A stretch of 64,000 nt of DNA from Candidatus Marinacidobacterales bacterium (GCA_965224085.1 CBDCYI010000011.1:832001-896000); one strand, 5' to 3'; positions 1 through 10,184 are shown, counted from the stretch's first letter. Made by a program: numbers and translations. Notes: generated by a model from the letters alone, not told the origin.

Positions 1-1
1 T

Positions 2-2092
2 CCCTTCGATATCGATCGCGGTATCCGCACCGATCAGCGTCAGGCCTCGAATAGAGACTGTCTCGCGGTTACCCTCGACGATAAACGGCGCCCCTGCACC
101 GAAGCCCACACCGCGGTAAGACCCGACGACCGTCTCCGCCTCGAGGCGATACGTGAACGCGCTCGGCAGAGAGAGCTCGCCGGAACCCTGCAAAAGGCCG
201 GCGAGATCGAGCTCGGTTTTCTCGAACCCGGGTAGCGTCTGGACGAGCGCTCCGATGGGGAGGCTCTCGAGATCCACCTCGACGTCGAACGCGTACGGAG
301 CCGTCGTCGCGACGTTTCCCTCGACAAGGCCGTCGCCACTAGGGGAGTGTGCCTCGAGCCGCACGCGGCCGGCGTCGAGCACGGCCTCGATCTGTGCGTT
401 CGGAAGGGAAACCCCACGGACCCGCAGCCCGTCGATCCGCGCGGAGATCGTTCCCTCGAGCGAGCGGATCGGTCCCTCGAGCGCAACCTGCATCGAGTTC
501 AGATTCGCCTCGAGCCGGGGACGGCCATCGAAGAAGAAGCCTTGGCCCACACCGCGCAGCGAAAGGGTGGCCGTCGAAAGATCGATACCGCCTCGAAAGG
601 TCATCACACCGCCTGCAGCGTGCCGCAACGTCAGCGCGCCGACCTGGACGCGCGGGGGCTTTAAGCCGAGCGACCCCTCGATGTCGAATGGAACCCCCGC
701 GAACAAGAGTCCTTGGGACACGATCGACATCTCACTCCGAGGTGCGTTCCACGGCCCCTCGATGGTGCCCACGATGTTGCTGCTTCCTTGAAGCGGGACG
801 TCCGCGAAACGCGCGCTCAGGATACCGACGTCGCGAACGTTGGCCCGGTAGTCGAGATGAAGTGTTTCTCCTAGCTCACCTTCGATCGAGAGCTCGACGC
901 CAGGACCTTCCAGAGCCGGCGCGTCGACGCGGATCCTCGCACCGCGCTCTAGGCGAAGCACCACCCGTCCCGAGAGGGAAACGCCTTCTCGAGCCTCCGA
1001 GGTCGACAGCTCGAGCTCCGCCTCCCCACTACCGCTCGCGAGATCCCAGCGCTCGAAGGATGCAGAAGCCTTGCCAGCGACACGGCTCGCGAGCGAAGGT
1101 GCAAGCTCGACCCCCTCGAACGACGCCTCGAGCTCCTGGTATCCGGATGGGAGATTCGCCGTCAGACTGACGCGCGCACGCCCGCCATAGCCCGAGAGAT
1201 CCCCGTTCTCGATGCGGAGAACGTCGCCCGAGAGCCTCCAGGGAAGCTGGATCCGCACGGGTTGAGACGTGCCGATCGTCGTTCGGCTAGAGCGCAGGAT
1301 CCCTTCGCCGTTTAAGCGACCACCCTCGACATTGATAGTCGCCTCACCCTCAAAAACGCCGTCCATAGGCGGGGCGTCCAAAAGCTCTCGTGCTAGCGAG
1401 CCTTCGAAGGCGTGGGACAACGTGGCTTCGGCCGTCAACGGCGCGTAGGACGCGATGCGGATCGTACCCGTTGCAAAGGAGCCTCCTTTTTCGAGCCGGC
1501 TTTCGGTGAGCTCGGCGCTCGTGCGACCGACACGGGCATGGGTGCGGGCCGGCCCGAGCTCTAGCTCGTCGAGCCTGGCCTTCCCGAAGGAAAGATGCCC
1601 CTTGAGCGATCCATCTCCCGCATCGAGCTCGGCCTCGATTGCCTCGATATCGAGGCTGCGATCCGCACCCTCGAGAACGAGGCGCCCATCCGCGATCGTC
1701 CAGCCGAAGTCGAACAACGACGAGGGCAGCGACGCGACAGCGATCACGGCTTCTCCGGATGCCGCCACACGAAGCTCCGGCGAGCGGATCTCGATCGTGC
1801 CTGCGCTCCTCACGGGTAGCCCGATCACGACCTCACTTGCGCGCCCGGACATCGTACCGGTCGCGGAGGTCCAGGCGATCCCGCGCACCCGAACCTCGCC
1901 GCGCCATAAGCGATAGTCCAGCTCATCGATGGAAACGACTCCGCCGAGACGGTCCTGCACGACGGTTCGGAGCGCACGCCGGACTTGCCCCTTGCCCCAC
2001 GGCGTGTGAAGAAAAGAGAACGAGACGACGAGGACGAGCGCAAGGGAGACGATCAGAAGGACAACCCATCGACGATTCGTGAGCGCTCGCAT
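2..2092 (-). CDS. TamB/AsmA-like translocation and assembly module protein, 5' part (runs off the left window edge)
   Basis: Not in the ORF track, consistent with no stop inside the window. ATG at 2092 reads MRALTNRRWVVLLIVSLALVLVVSFSFLHTPWGKGQVRR (N-terminal TM anchor). A sampled internal stretch reads as glycine-rich amphipathic beta strands (PLQGSSNIVGTIEGPWNAP). The frame was only spot-checked. Confidence 0.6.
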   Translation of the reverse strand, partial: MRALTNRRWVVLLIVSLALVLVVSFSFLHTPWGKGQVRRALRTVVQDRLGGVVSIDELDYRLWRGEVRVRGIAWTSATGTMSGRASEVVIGLPVRSAGTIEIRSPELRVAASGEAVIAVASLPSSLFDFGWTIADGRLVLEGADRSLDIEAIEAELDAGDGSLKGHLSFGKARLDELELGPARTHARVGRTSAELTESRLEKGGSFATGTIRIASYAPLTAEATLSHAFEGSLARELLDAPPMDGVFEGEATINVEGGRLNGEGILRSSRTTIGTSQPVRIQLPWRLSGDVLRIENGDLSGYGGRARVSLTANLPSGYQELEASFEGVELAPSLASRVAGKASASFERWDLASGSGEAELELSTSEAREGVSLSGRVVLRLERGARIRVDAPALEGPGVELSIEGELGETLHLDYRANVRDVGILSARFADVPLQGSSNIVGTIEGPWNAPRSEMSIVSQGLLFAGVPFDIEGSLGLKPPRVQVGALTLRHAAGGVMTFRGGIDLSTATLSLRGVGQGFFFDGRPRLEANLNSMQVALEGPIRSLEGTISARIDGLRVRGVSLPNAQIEAVLDAGRVRLEAHSPSGDGLVEGNVATTAPYAFDVEVDLESLPIGALVQTLPGFEKTELDLAGLLQGSGELSLPSAFTYRLEAETVVGSYRGVGFGAGAPFIVEGNRETVSIRGLTLIGADTAIDIEG

Positions 2093-2253
2093 GCTGCGTA
2101 GAAGTTTTTCCGGCCGGCAGGCCATTGTAGCGTGCTGGAGCTTGCGGGCCGTCGAGCCTCGCGCAACTACCCAGGCCAGAAAACCCAGCGTCTCAGGCCG
2201 TCTTTACGCTATTCTTATTTCGATCAACAGGATGGCAGCTACGGGATGAAGCT

Positions 2254-4026
2254 TTGAAACAGACGGTTTGGAAGGGCTACACGTTTGCTCCCGAGGAGCA
2301 CGAGCGGGAGCTTCTCGCGATTCTCGAGGCGGTCGAGGCCCTTCCTGAGGTCGAAGAACGCTCCGTCGACAGCATCCTCAGACGGCATCCCAAAAACGGA
2401 AGCTCGATCTTTTCGCGGAGCGAGCTCATCGCCGGCTATCGCTTTTTCGCCGAGCGCCATCAATGGCCGAAAGAGCGCTCATCGGTCATAGGGAAGTTGC
2501 GCATGAAGCCGGTGCGCTCGCTGAGCGGCGTCACGCCCGTTACGATTTTGACGAAGCCTTTTCCTTGTCCCGGGAAATGCATCTTCTGCCCGAACGACGT
2601 CAAGATGCCGAAGAGTTATCTCTCGCGCGAGCCCGGAGCTCAGCGCGCGGGCATGCATCAATTCGATCCTTACGATCAGACGCTTTCGCGCCTCGACGCG
2701 CTCTACCGGATCGGGCATCCCGTCGACAAAGTGGAGCTCATCGTTCTCGGCGGTACGTGGTCGTTCTATAGCGAGCCCTATCAGATTTGGTTTCTGACGC
2801 AAACATTCGAAGCGCTGAACGACTTCGGTGGCGGTGTGCGAACGCGTCACGGTGAACGGGGCCCGAAGCTCGATTTCGAAGAGGTCGAGGACACCGTCGA
2901 TGGTCGGCTCGGTGAGAACCGCTATAACGGGATCGTGGCCGATTTCGCGAAGTCCCAGGACGCGTCGGGAGCCATCGAAGCTGCCGAATCGGCGGCGTGG
3001 GATGCGCTCGAGCACGCACAGCGCGTGAACGAGACCGCAGGCGCGCGATGCGTCGGCTTGTCGCTCGAGACGAGACCCGACTACGTTACGGAAGACGAAG
3101 TCATCCGACTCCGTCGTCTCGGTGCAACGAAGATCCAAATTGGCTATCAGAGTCTTTCGGACGAGGTTCTCGCCCTCAATCAACGCGGGCACGACGTCGC
3201 CGCTTCGCGCAACGCAACCAAGCTTCTACGTCAGGCGGGCTTCAAGATCCAAGCGCATTGGATGGCGAATCTCTACGGCTCGACGCCCGAGGAGGATGTG
3301 CGGGACTTCGAGCGCTTGTTCTCGGATCCTGACTTTCGCCCGGATGAGCTCAAGCTCTACCCGTGCAGCCTCATTGAGAGCGCGGAGCTCATGGTGCACT
3401 ACGAGACGGGCCGGTACCGCCCCTACGAAGAAGACGAATTGCTGGAGCTTCTCATCGCGTGTATGACGAGCACGCCCGTCTATTGCCGGTTATCGCGCGT
3501 GATTCGGGACATCCCCGGGGACGACATACTCGCTGGAAGCCGTGTGACCAACTTTCGCGCCGTCGCCGAGAATGAGATGGAGCGGCGCGGACTCGTCGTG
3601 CGGGACATCCGTGCGCGCGAGATCCGGAAAGGGGACACCCCGGCGGAGGCGCTTCGTCTCGTGGTCGAGCGCTATCGGAGCTCGATTGGCGAGGAAGCCT
3701 TTATCCAATTCGTGACGCCCAACGACCGTATCGCCGGGTTTCTCAGACTTTGTCTTCCAGAGACGCCCGCCTATATCGACGAGCTCGCGGCGAGTGCGAT
3801 CATCCGCGAAGTCCATGTCTACGGCGCCGCCGTCGGCATTGGCAAGCGCGACGAACGTAAGACGCAGCACTTGGGCGTCGGCGGTCGCCTGATCGATGAG
3901 GCGAGAACACTCGCCCGCGCGAGCCGCTTCGAGCGGATAGCGGTCATCTCGTCGATCGGAACGCGCGAATATTACCGCCGTCAAGGATTCTCGGACGGCG
4001 TGCTCTACCAGCACCGCGCGCTTTGA
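2254..4026 (+). CDS. elp3: Elp3-family radical SAM/GNAT tRNA U34 acetyltransferase
   Basis: Motifs KPVRSLSGVTPV, PCPGKCIFCP (CX3CX2C Fe-S motif), GGTW, LETRPD, KLYP, RVIRDIP, IREVHVYG and the acetyl-CoA motif QHLGVG. Confidence 0.92.
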   Translation: MKQTVWKGYTFAPEEHERELLAILEAVEALPEVEERSVDSILRRHPKNGSSIFSRSELIAGYRFFAERHQWPKERSSVIGKLRMKPVRSLSGVTPVTILTKPFPCPGKCIFCPNDVKMPKSYLSREPGAQRAGMHQFDPYDQTLSRLDALYRIGHPVDKVELIVLGGTWSFYSEPYQIWFLTQTFEALNDFGGGVRTRHGERGPKLDFEEVEDTVDGRLGENRYNGIVADFAKSQDASGAIEAAESAAWDALEHAQRVNETAGARCVGLSLETRPDYVTEDEVIRLRRLGATKIQIGYQSLSDEVLALNQRGHDVAASRNATKLLRQAGFKIQAHWMANLYGSTPEEDVRDFERLFSDPDFRPDELKLYPCSLIESAELMVHYETGRYRPYEEDELLELLIACMTSTPVYCRLSRVIRDIPGDDILAGSRVTNFRAVAENEMERRGLVVRDIRAREIRKGDTPAEALRLVVERYRSSIGEEAFIQFVTPNDRIAGFLRLCLPETPAYIDELAASAIIREVHVYGAAVGIGKRDERKTQHLGVGGRLIDEARTLARASRFERIAVISSIGTREYYRRQGFSDGVLYQHRAL

Positions 4027-4484
4027 TGGGGGAGCCGAGCACGCTCTGGGACCGCGTCGTCAAGAAATCAGCCTCGGCGCTCGCGTCGGGAGCCCTTCAA
4101 CCCATCCAGACCCGTAGCGTCACGCTCGTCGACGGCGGCGTGCGCTTTCTCACCCGTATCGCCTCTTGTTCACTGGAAGACTGCGTCGACCGAGCGCTCG
4201 AGGACGCGGCGGAGGCGACGCGCAAGCGCTACCTTCAGTTGCTGGCTGACGTTGGCCGCGAAACGATCCGCGGGCCTACAACCTTCTCGCCACGCGTGAG
4301 AGGATGGTCGTTATCCCGAGGTCCCGGGAAGCGTGCGAGTCCATTTCGGGTCAACGCGCTCGGCTACGCGGGTGCTCTTTTCGTGCGTGACGAAGGCGAG
4401 CTCGAAAAGCTTCGTCGTATCGGCCCGATGAAGTTGCTCGGTGAAGTCGGGTTGCGGACGGGCCAACCGGGCGAGGCGCTTTAG
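4023..4484 (+). pseudogene. ATP adenylyltransferase / Ap4A phosphorylase remnant
   Basis: N-terminus SALASGALQPIQT is present. C-terminal motifs YNLLATRERMVVIPR (alternative frame, ~4275-4345) and VNALGYAGALFVR..GPMKLL are present. The central catalytic HxHxQ region is absent. Confidence 0.7.
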
Positions 4485-4523
4485 CGGAACGAGAATTTTG
4501 TAGACGCTGATGTTGCCAGCTGT

Positions 4524-4862
4524 TCACCGGCCCGAGGATGCTTGAGACGCCTCTAGTCGTGTCTCGGCCTGGACGGAGCGAACCGGAGAGGTCATGACGG
4601 CGCCGTTTTCGCGAAGAATCTCCAACGGCACCCCAAGCCCGATCCAGTGCATCTTGAGAAGACCGCCGCCGTAGCCGAGGCTGGCTTCGACAGGCTCGGC
4701 GAACGGTCCGCCCTGAACGAGCACTTTCGACTCCCCGGGACTGAGCACCGTCAAATGGTAGAGCGTGTTCTGCGTACGCACCTTCAGCTTCGTGAGCGGC
4801 TCCAGCCCGCTCACGTCTACCCCAGAATCCCGAAATGGGTCGACGTGTTTCGTCACAGCCAT
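4524..4862 (-). CDS. conserved-looking hypothetical protein (112 aa)
   Basis: GGAGGAGG RBS precedes ATG at 4862. MAVTKHVDPFRDSGVDVSGLEPLTKLKVRTQNTLYHLTV looks globular and beta-rich. Confidence 0.6.
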   Translation of the reverse strand: MAVTKHVDPFRDSGVDVSGLEPLTKLKVRTQNTLYHLTVLSPGESKVLVQGGPFAEPVEASLGYGGGLLKMHWIGLGVPLEILRENGAVMTSPVRSVQAETRLEASQASSGR

Positions 4863-5236
4863 GGGTTGTGGCCTCCTCCACTTTCCACTAAACGAGATTT
4901 GCGACGGATGACGGCCCCGATCATTGCCATCACCGTGATAGCCGCCGTAAGCGCACAGCCAGCGACCGATATTTCTCCCATCGACGTCCCCCTTCAAAAC
5001 GAAGATGTCACACTTCAATACTAAGGTCGCCGGTACGCGAGTAATCGTCACATCGGCTTGCACATTTTCCGGCAATCGGAATGGAACCATCGGGTGGTGC
5101 AACCCTCCTTGTCGTTTGATTCTCACCTTGAACCCCGCTAGATTGCTCTCCTAATGGCCCTTACCGTCGGAGCTTTGCCACGTCATAGCTGCTGCAATGA
5201 CCGCGGGAGTGGACCGGGCGTCACCGAGTCGGTGAG

Positions 5237-6193
5237 ATGAACTCCGAGCTCGCACGGGCCCATAAGGCAACGAACGCGCTCCACTCATGCGTTCTTCTAG
5301 GTGCGATGGGGATTGTCTTTCTCCTTTTAGGATACTTGCTCGGAGGTGTTCGAGGTGCCGTGCTGGTCTCTGGAGCGGGGTTGTTTCTGCTCTGGTTCAG
5401 TCCTCGCATCGCGCCAAGCGTCATCATGCGTCTTTACGGGGCACAATCGGTACGGCGGGGCGAGATCAGCCAGATCCAAGAGATCGTCCACTTGCTTGCG
5501 CGCAGGGCAGGTCTTTCGAGAGTTCCGCGACTCTATTACGTGCCGACGCGCTTGATGAACGCCTTTACTGTGGGCGACCGCGAGAACTCTGCCATTGGTC
5601 TGACCGACGGGCTCTTGCGGGCTCTGAATCTCAGGGAGCTGGCGGGCGTCCTGGCTCACGAAGTCAGTCACGTGAGGAACAACGACATGCGGGTCATGAC
5701 ACTGGCCGACGTGGTGAGCCGCGTCGCGTCGACGTTTCAAACGCTGGCGCTTTTGAGCGTCGCGTTCATGGCGCTCGCTGGAGCGCGTATCCCGTGGCTC
5801 GTTCTCATGGGTCTACTCGCTACACCGACGGTACTGGCCATGCTCCAGCTGGCTCTCTCCCGAACCCGCGAGTTCGACGCCGACGTGGGAGCTCTAGAAC
5901 TTACCGGAGATGCTGTGGGCCTTGCTTCCGCGCTCGGGAAGATGGAGCGGTATCAGCAACGTTTTCTCGACCGCATCTTGGCTACGGGAAGGCAAGTTCC
6001 GGCGCCTTCGATTCTGCGTTCTCACCCCAACACCGAGGAGCGGATACGTCGGCTTGTCGAGCTCGCGGATTCACCACCCTCCGAGCCCCGATACGCCGAT
6101 GCCCGTACGTTCGGTGGATCGTTCACGGTGCCGGACGCGCTCACACTGATCGATCGTGCGCCGCGCTGGCATGTGAGCGGACTCTGGTACTGA
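5237..6193 (+). CDS. htpX: M48 zinc metalloprotease, HtpX-like
   Basis: TM segments plus NAF, HEVSH (HExxH), SRTREFDAD and SHP motifs. Confidence 0.88.
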   Translation: MNSELARAHKATNALHSCVLLGAMGIVFLLLGYLLGGVRGAVLVSGAGLFLLWFSPRIAPSVIMRLYGAQSVRRGEISQIQEIVHLLARRAGLSRVPRLYYVPTRLMNAFTVGDRENSAIGLTDGLLRALNLRELAGVLAHEVSHVRNNDMRVMTLADVVSRVASTFQTLALLSVAFMALAGARIPWLVLMGLLATPTVLAMLQLALSRTREFDADVGALELTGDAVGLASALGKMERYQQRFLDRILATGRQVPAPSILRSHPNTEERIRRLVELADSPPSEPRYADARTFGGSFTVPDALTLIDRAPRWHVSGLWY

Positions 6194-6269
6194 CGAGGCG
6201 GAGAGCGTCCCGAGGGACGCCCGCCTCCGTAACCTACGTTGAGCTGGATCAAATACCTGCTGGACTGAT

Positions 6270-6493
6270 ATGGGCAACAGAGAAGACCGGTTCGTACTCT
6301 GTATCAGGAACGAGGGTTATCAGGCCTTGCTGGAGCCACGGAAGATCTATCGCGTCGTCGCGGATGCGAGGCCAAGGGCAGAGGCATGCTCCGTGTCGTC
6401 GACGAATCCGGCGAAGATTATCCATTCCCTTCCGATTTTTTCGTCGCTGTCGAGGTCCCCGCGGAAGCGAACATCGCCTTCGCTGAGCATTGA
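6270..6493 (+). pseudogene. frameshifted small conserved hypothetical protein
   Basis: FVLCIRNEGYQALLEPRKIYRVV continues in another frame as GMLRVVDESGEDYPFPSDFFVAVEVP, ending at TGA 6491-6493. Confidence 0.6.
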
Positions 6494-6659
6494 AGCGGAG
6501 CGTGCCCTAGATGCGGGGTGAACAGCCGGGAATGGCCTTTCTCTTCGGGTAGCATACTGCCATGAATAGCGTCGCGCGGCTTCGTGCTAGGGCGTGCTGG
6601 AGCCATACGAGTGGCCACACCACTCATCGCGGGGGTTCTACGTCTTCGTCCGTGCCCAA

Positions 6660-7043
6660 ATGAGAATAATCGATCGCGTCCGACCAACTTTGACTGAGGT
6701 TTTACGAAAGAACGAATCGCTTTCGTCCGACCTCAGCGGCGGAGGGTACTGTGCAACGTTCGAGCGTTCCGTCGACGGCGAGCCGTGGGTGCAGGTAAAA
6801 ACCGGCATTTTGAACTTTTTCTATCCAAGCGACGAACCCCCCGTGAAGAAGCTGAAAGCGGCGTCGGTTGAGCTTCCGACAAATGCATCGTGCGTAGACT
6901 GGAAGCCGTGGAGCTACGCGACGTTCGAATTCGAACCAGTGACCGCCGAGGAACTCGCCGAAACGGTGGAGCTTCTCTTTGTGAGGCTTTATGGATTTCC
7001 AGACGACCTCGAGCTTTCGTGCGAGTCGTCCGACATGCGCTGA
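6660..7043 (+). CDS. hypothetical protein
   Basis: ATG 6660 (MRIIDRVRP...), with natural amino-acid composition. The ORF track starts it at 6594. Confidence 0.55.
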   Translation: MRIIDRVRPTLTEVLRKNESLSSDLSGGGYCATFERSVDGEPWVQVKTGILNFFYPSDEPPVKKLKAASVELPTNASCVDWKPWSYATFEFEPVTAEELAETVELLFVRLYGFPDDLELSCESSDMR

Positions 7044-7059
7044 GCCGAACGACCTTTAT

Positions 7060-7236
7060 CTTCGCGACTGCGACCGAGACGGCTGCTCCGCCCTTCGCAA
7101 GCACGCGCGCGGCGTTGAGCCCCGTGTAGCCGCTTCCGATAATCGCGACATCCGCCCGCTCCGGCCAGTCGACCGTGACCGGCAGGTCGTCCGGCCGCGG
7201 GAATCGACTGCGCCAAAAGGGCTCCGTACTGAGCAC
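7060..7236 (-). pseudogene. FAD-dependent oxidoreductase (DadA/PuuB-like) N-terminal fragment
   Basis: ADVAIIGSGYTGLNAARVLAKGGAAV Rossmann motif; homology ends abruptly after about 55 aa. Confidence 0.75.
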
Positions 7237-7658
7237 GTCACAGATCCTAGGCGATGCCGTGCGGGACCACCACCTCTCATCCGACCGCGCGCCGGCTGCC
7301 GAGCCTCATTTAGATCCCGTGTTATTCGGATTCGCAGCCAGGGTACTGTGTCCGGAACGAGTTCGCTAAGGAGCTGGGCGAGTTTTCCGGTCGTCGGGAA
7401 AAACTCAACGACGTCCATCACGACGTCTCGGTATAAAATCGAGTTCATGACGAGATTCGAAGCGCGCTTCGGGAGTCGTGAGCTCTTCCCGAACCTCGAA
7501 TCACGCGCCTATTTGAACCACGCGGCGATGTCGCCTTTGTCGCTTGCCGTGTGCGAGGCGATGCGTGCATGCATGGACGATTACGGCCGACGAGGTCTCG
7601 GTGCGTTCTTCTCGTGGCACGAGCAACGGAAGCGGCTGAAAGACAAGCTAGCAACATA

Positions 7659-7784
7659 GACTCCTCAATCAACACCTTTCTCAAAAAAGTCTTCCTCAGA
7701 CATACGGTGACGAGGTCTCGGTGGGTCAGAGCTGCATATCTGGACTCCTCAATCAACACCTTTCTCAAAAAAGTCTTCCTCAGA
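7659..7784 (+). repeat. exact 42-bp direct repeat (duplicated IS right end)
   Basis: GACTCCTCAATCAACACCTTTCTCAAAAAAGTCTTCCTCAGA at 7659-7700 and 7743-7784. Confidence 0.95.
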
Positions 7785-7980
7785 GCTGCTCGTCCAAATC
7801 GGTGACGAGTGGGTCAGACTGCAAACATATCTACGGCCTCAGTGAGGAGCGTCTTGGGTGCTCCGGGCCATGACGGAAAATCCGCGCGCGAGGAGCCAAT
7901 CACTTTGAGCGACCTCTGAGGGCCAGTGTTGCTATCGGCTTGACCCCGCGCCGGTCCGACCGGTACGCCATCAGTTGGAT
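7785..7980 (-). ncRNA. putative bridge RNA / seekRNA of the IS1111-type element
   Basis: Lies downstream of the transposase. RNA-sense UAGCAACACU (7934-7925) is identical to the reconstructed target, and AGAUAUG (7832-7826) matches the donor junction. Boundaries are approximate. Confidence 0.75.
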
Positions 7981-8036
7981 GGGTATCGTCGCAGCCTCTG
8001 TTGGAAGGGAAGAAGGAAAACACGAAAGTGGAGCCT

Positions 8037-9055
8037 CTATGCGGCCGCGGGCACCGACTGGAATTCACTCTCGCGGGTGGAGACGGCCCAGACTATCCGG
8101 GCGAGTTTGTCGCGAGCGGTCCCCGCGAGCGGTGGCGGACCTTCCGCGCCCAGGCGCGGAGCTTGTCGGGCGGGCTCTTGCTGACGTTGGCCGCTCGGAG
8201 CACGGCGCGTCCGCCCTGCGTGAGGAGCGTACGGAGGTAGGAGTCGCCACGCTTGGTGATGCGCCCGAGGCGGCGAATGTCACCACTGGAGTTCTCTTTG
8301 GGAACGAGGCCGAGGTAACTCGAGAAGCGGCGTCCCGATGGGAAGCGGCGCAGATCCCCAACGAAGCCGACGATGGCGGTCGCGGTCAGAAGTCCGATGC
8401 CGGGAATGGTGAGAAGTCGTTGCACCTCAGGAAGCTGCTTGGCGAGCGCCTTGAGCTCGTGCTCGATGCCAGCGCACTTGTCCTTGAGCTCTCGAATCTC
8501 GGAGCACGCATCACGCAGGTGCGGACGGAGCACGTCGGGCAAATCAGAATCAGCGTCTTCGACGAGCTCGGAGATGGCGGGCACGACGAAGTGAGCGCCC
8601 TTGGGGATGAAGAGTCCGAGCTCGCGCAGGATCCCGCGTACGGCATTGATGCGTGCGGTCCGTGTGGAGAGCCATCCTGAGCGTAGGCGATGGAGCGCGG
8701 CGAGGGTGTGCTGGCGCACGGACTTGATGGGCACCGAAAGAATCTCCTCGTTCCGGTAAGCCTCGAGCAAAGCTTTGGTGTCCGCGCGGTCGTTCTTGCT
8801 CCCGCGTCGATACGGCCTTACGAGGTGAGGTGGGAGCAGGACGACGTCGTGTCCCAACCGTCGCAACGTCCTTGCCCAAAAGTGAGCCGAGCCGCAGGCT
8901 TCGAGAAGCACGGTGGCAGCGCTCTGTTTCGCAAAAAACGACACCAACTTGGGTCGACTCACACGGAGTTGCTTGGACACTTTCCCCGCTTCGCGCGAGA
9001 TGGCAATCTCGAAGACGTTCTTTGCAAGATCCACAGCGATCGTCGTATCTTTCAT
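8037..9055 (-). pseudogene. IS110 family transposase/recombinase, frameshifted near the C-terminus
   Basis: IAVDLAK, LEACG, KNDRAD and GLVPKENSSG motifs. The tail KLARIVWAV...PAAA* (stop 8037-8039) lies in a different frame after ~8110. Confidence 0.88.
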
Positions 9056-10132
9056 TCGGACTCCTCCTTTTTCGATGCGTTCTTTCGACTGACTTTGGCA
9101 CATCGATGCCGTCTATGTCAGCGGAGGAGTCCATCCCATCACTCGTCGGGGGAGGCCCCTAGGATCTTGCCTTCGTTTCGAGCACCACGGAGGGGCTCGT
9201 CAAAGTGGCGCTTTGTTTTCCATGGAGAAAAGGTGACCGCATCGTTGTTTTCGACGGTGAGTTCCCGACGAACGTCACCCCCTGGCAACGCGCGGCGAAG
9301 CTTTACGAGCTCGAGATCGTCATGCTTTCGGCGGCCGAGTTTCGCGAGGACGAAGAGCGGGCTCTCGCGAATTTTTCGGAAGCGCTCGAGCGAGGCATCC
9401 GTCTCGTTGCTGTGAGCACCGTCGAGTTTCAGACGGGCTTCCGCATGCCTGTCGTCGAGTTGAGCCGTCGGTGTCATGCGGCCGGGGCCCAGATTTGCGT
9501 GGACGCGATTCAAGGTCTCGGCGTGGTGCCGATGGATGTGGTGGCCGAAGGTACCGACTACCTCGTATGCGGCAGCCACAAGTGGATGATGGCCATCGAC
9601 GGGATTGCCTTCGTGTACGCGGCCGCGGACAAGGCGGCAGCTTTGCGTCCACACGTCGCGGGATGGCTCAGCCACGAGAGTCCGGTCGCGTTCTTGCTCG
9701 AAGGCCCCGGGAATTTGCGCTACGACCGGCCCATTCGTTCGGGCATCGACTTTTTCGAGTCGGGGAGCTTCAGCACGGTCGGTTGTGCCGCTCTCGAAGC
9801 TTCACTCGATCTGCTGCTTCAGCTGTCTCCCGAAGCGATCTTCGACCACGTGAACGACTATCTCGATGCGCTCGAGCCGAAGCTCGTGGAGCTCGGTTTC
9901 GAGAGCTTGCGCTCGGCGAAGCGCGAGCAGCGGTCGGGGATTTTAAGCTTGGCACCTCCCGCGAATATCGACGTCATGGCGATCCAAAAGGCGATCGGGG
10001 AGGCGGGCATCTTCTGTACGGCTCCGGACGGATATCTGCGCTTTTCGCCGCACTGGCCAAACGCGCTCGATGAGATAGAGTACGTGGTGGCGAGCGTCGA
10101 AGCTTCGATCGCCGTAGCATCGAGGGGTGCTC

Positions 10133-10172
10133 ACTGATGCACGGATGTATTGATGCACTGATGCACTGATAC
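10133..10172 (+). repeat. imperfect 8-bp tandem repeat (ACTGATGC)x5
   Basis: actgatgc acggatgt attgatgc actgatgc actgatac. Confidence 0.8.
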
Positions 10173-10184
10173 AATGATTCGAGG

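Larger units (their letters stand above)
7657..9141 (-). mobile_element. IS110 family (IS1111-type) insertion sequence
   Basis: DEDD transposase; sub-terminal IRs TGGACTCCTC (7741-7750) and GAGGAGTCCA (9124-9133); CA dinucleotide at both junctions with no TSD; long non-coding region downstream of the transposase. Confidence 0.9.
7447..10137 (+). pseudogene. class V PLP aminotransferase / cysteine desulfurase-like gene split by an IS110-family element
   Basis: 7447-7656 (YLNHAAMSP...KDKLAT) rejoins in frame at 9142 (LVGGGP*DLAFVSSTTEGL...VDAIQ..GSHKW). There is an additional in-frame TAG at 9160-9162. Confidence 0.88.

Noticed and set aside
40-2082. Many short plus- and minus-strand ORFs in the track
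   Set aside because: They are shadow ORFs of the long minus-strand TamB-like frame, which lacks a stop in the window.
7659-7784. 42-bp repeat, 42-bp spacer, 42-bp repeat resembling a mini-CRISPR
   Set aside because: Only two units, not palindromic and no cas genes. The repeat is the IS1111 right end.
9160-9162. In-frame TAG as possible pyrrolysine or readthrough
   Set aside because: The gene is already IS-disrupted and no pyl genes are seen. A nonsense mutation is the simpler explanation.
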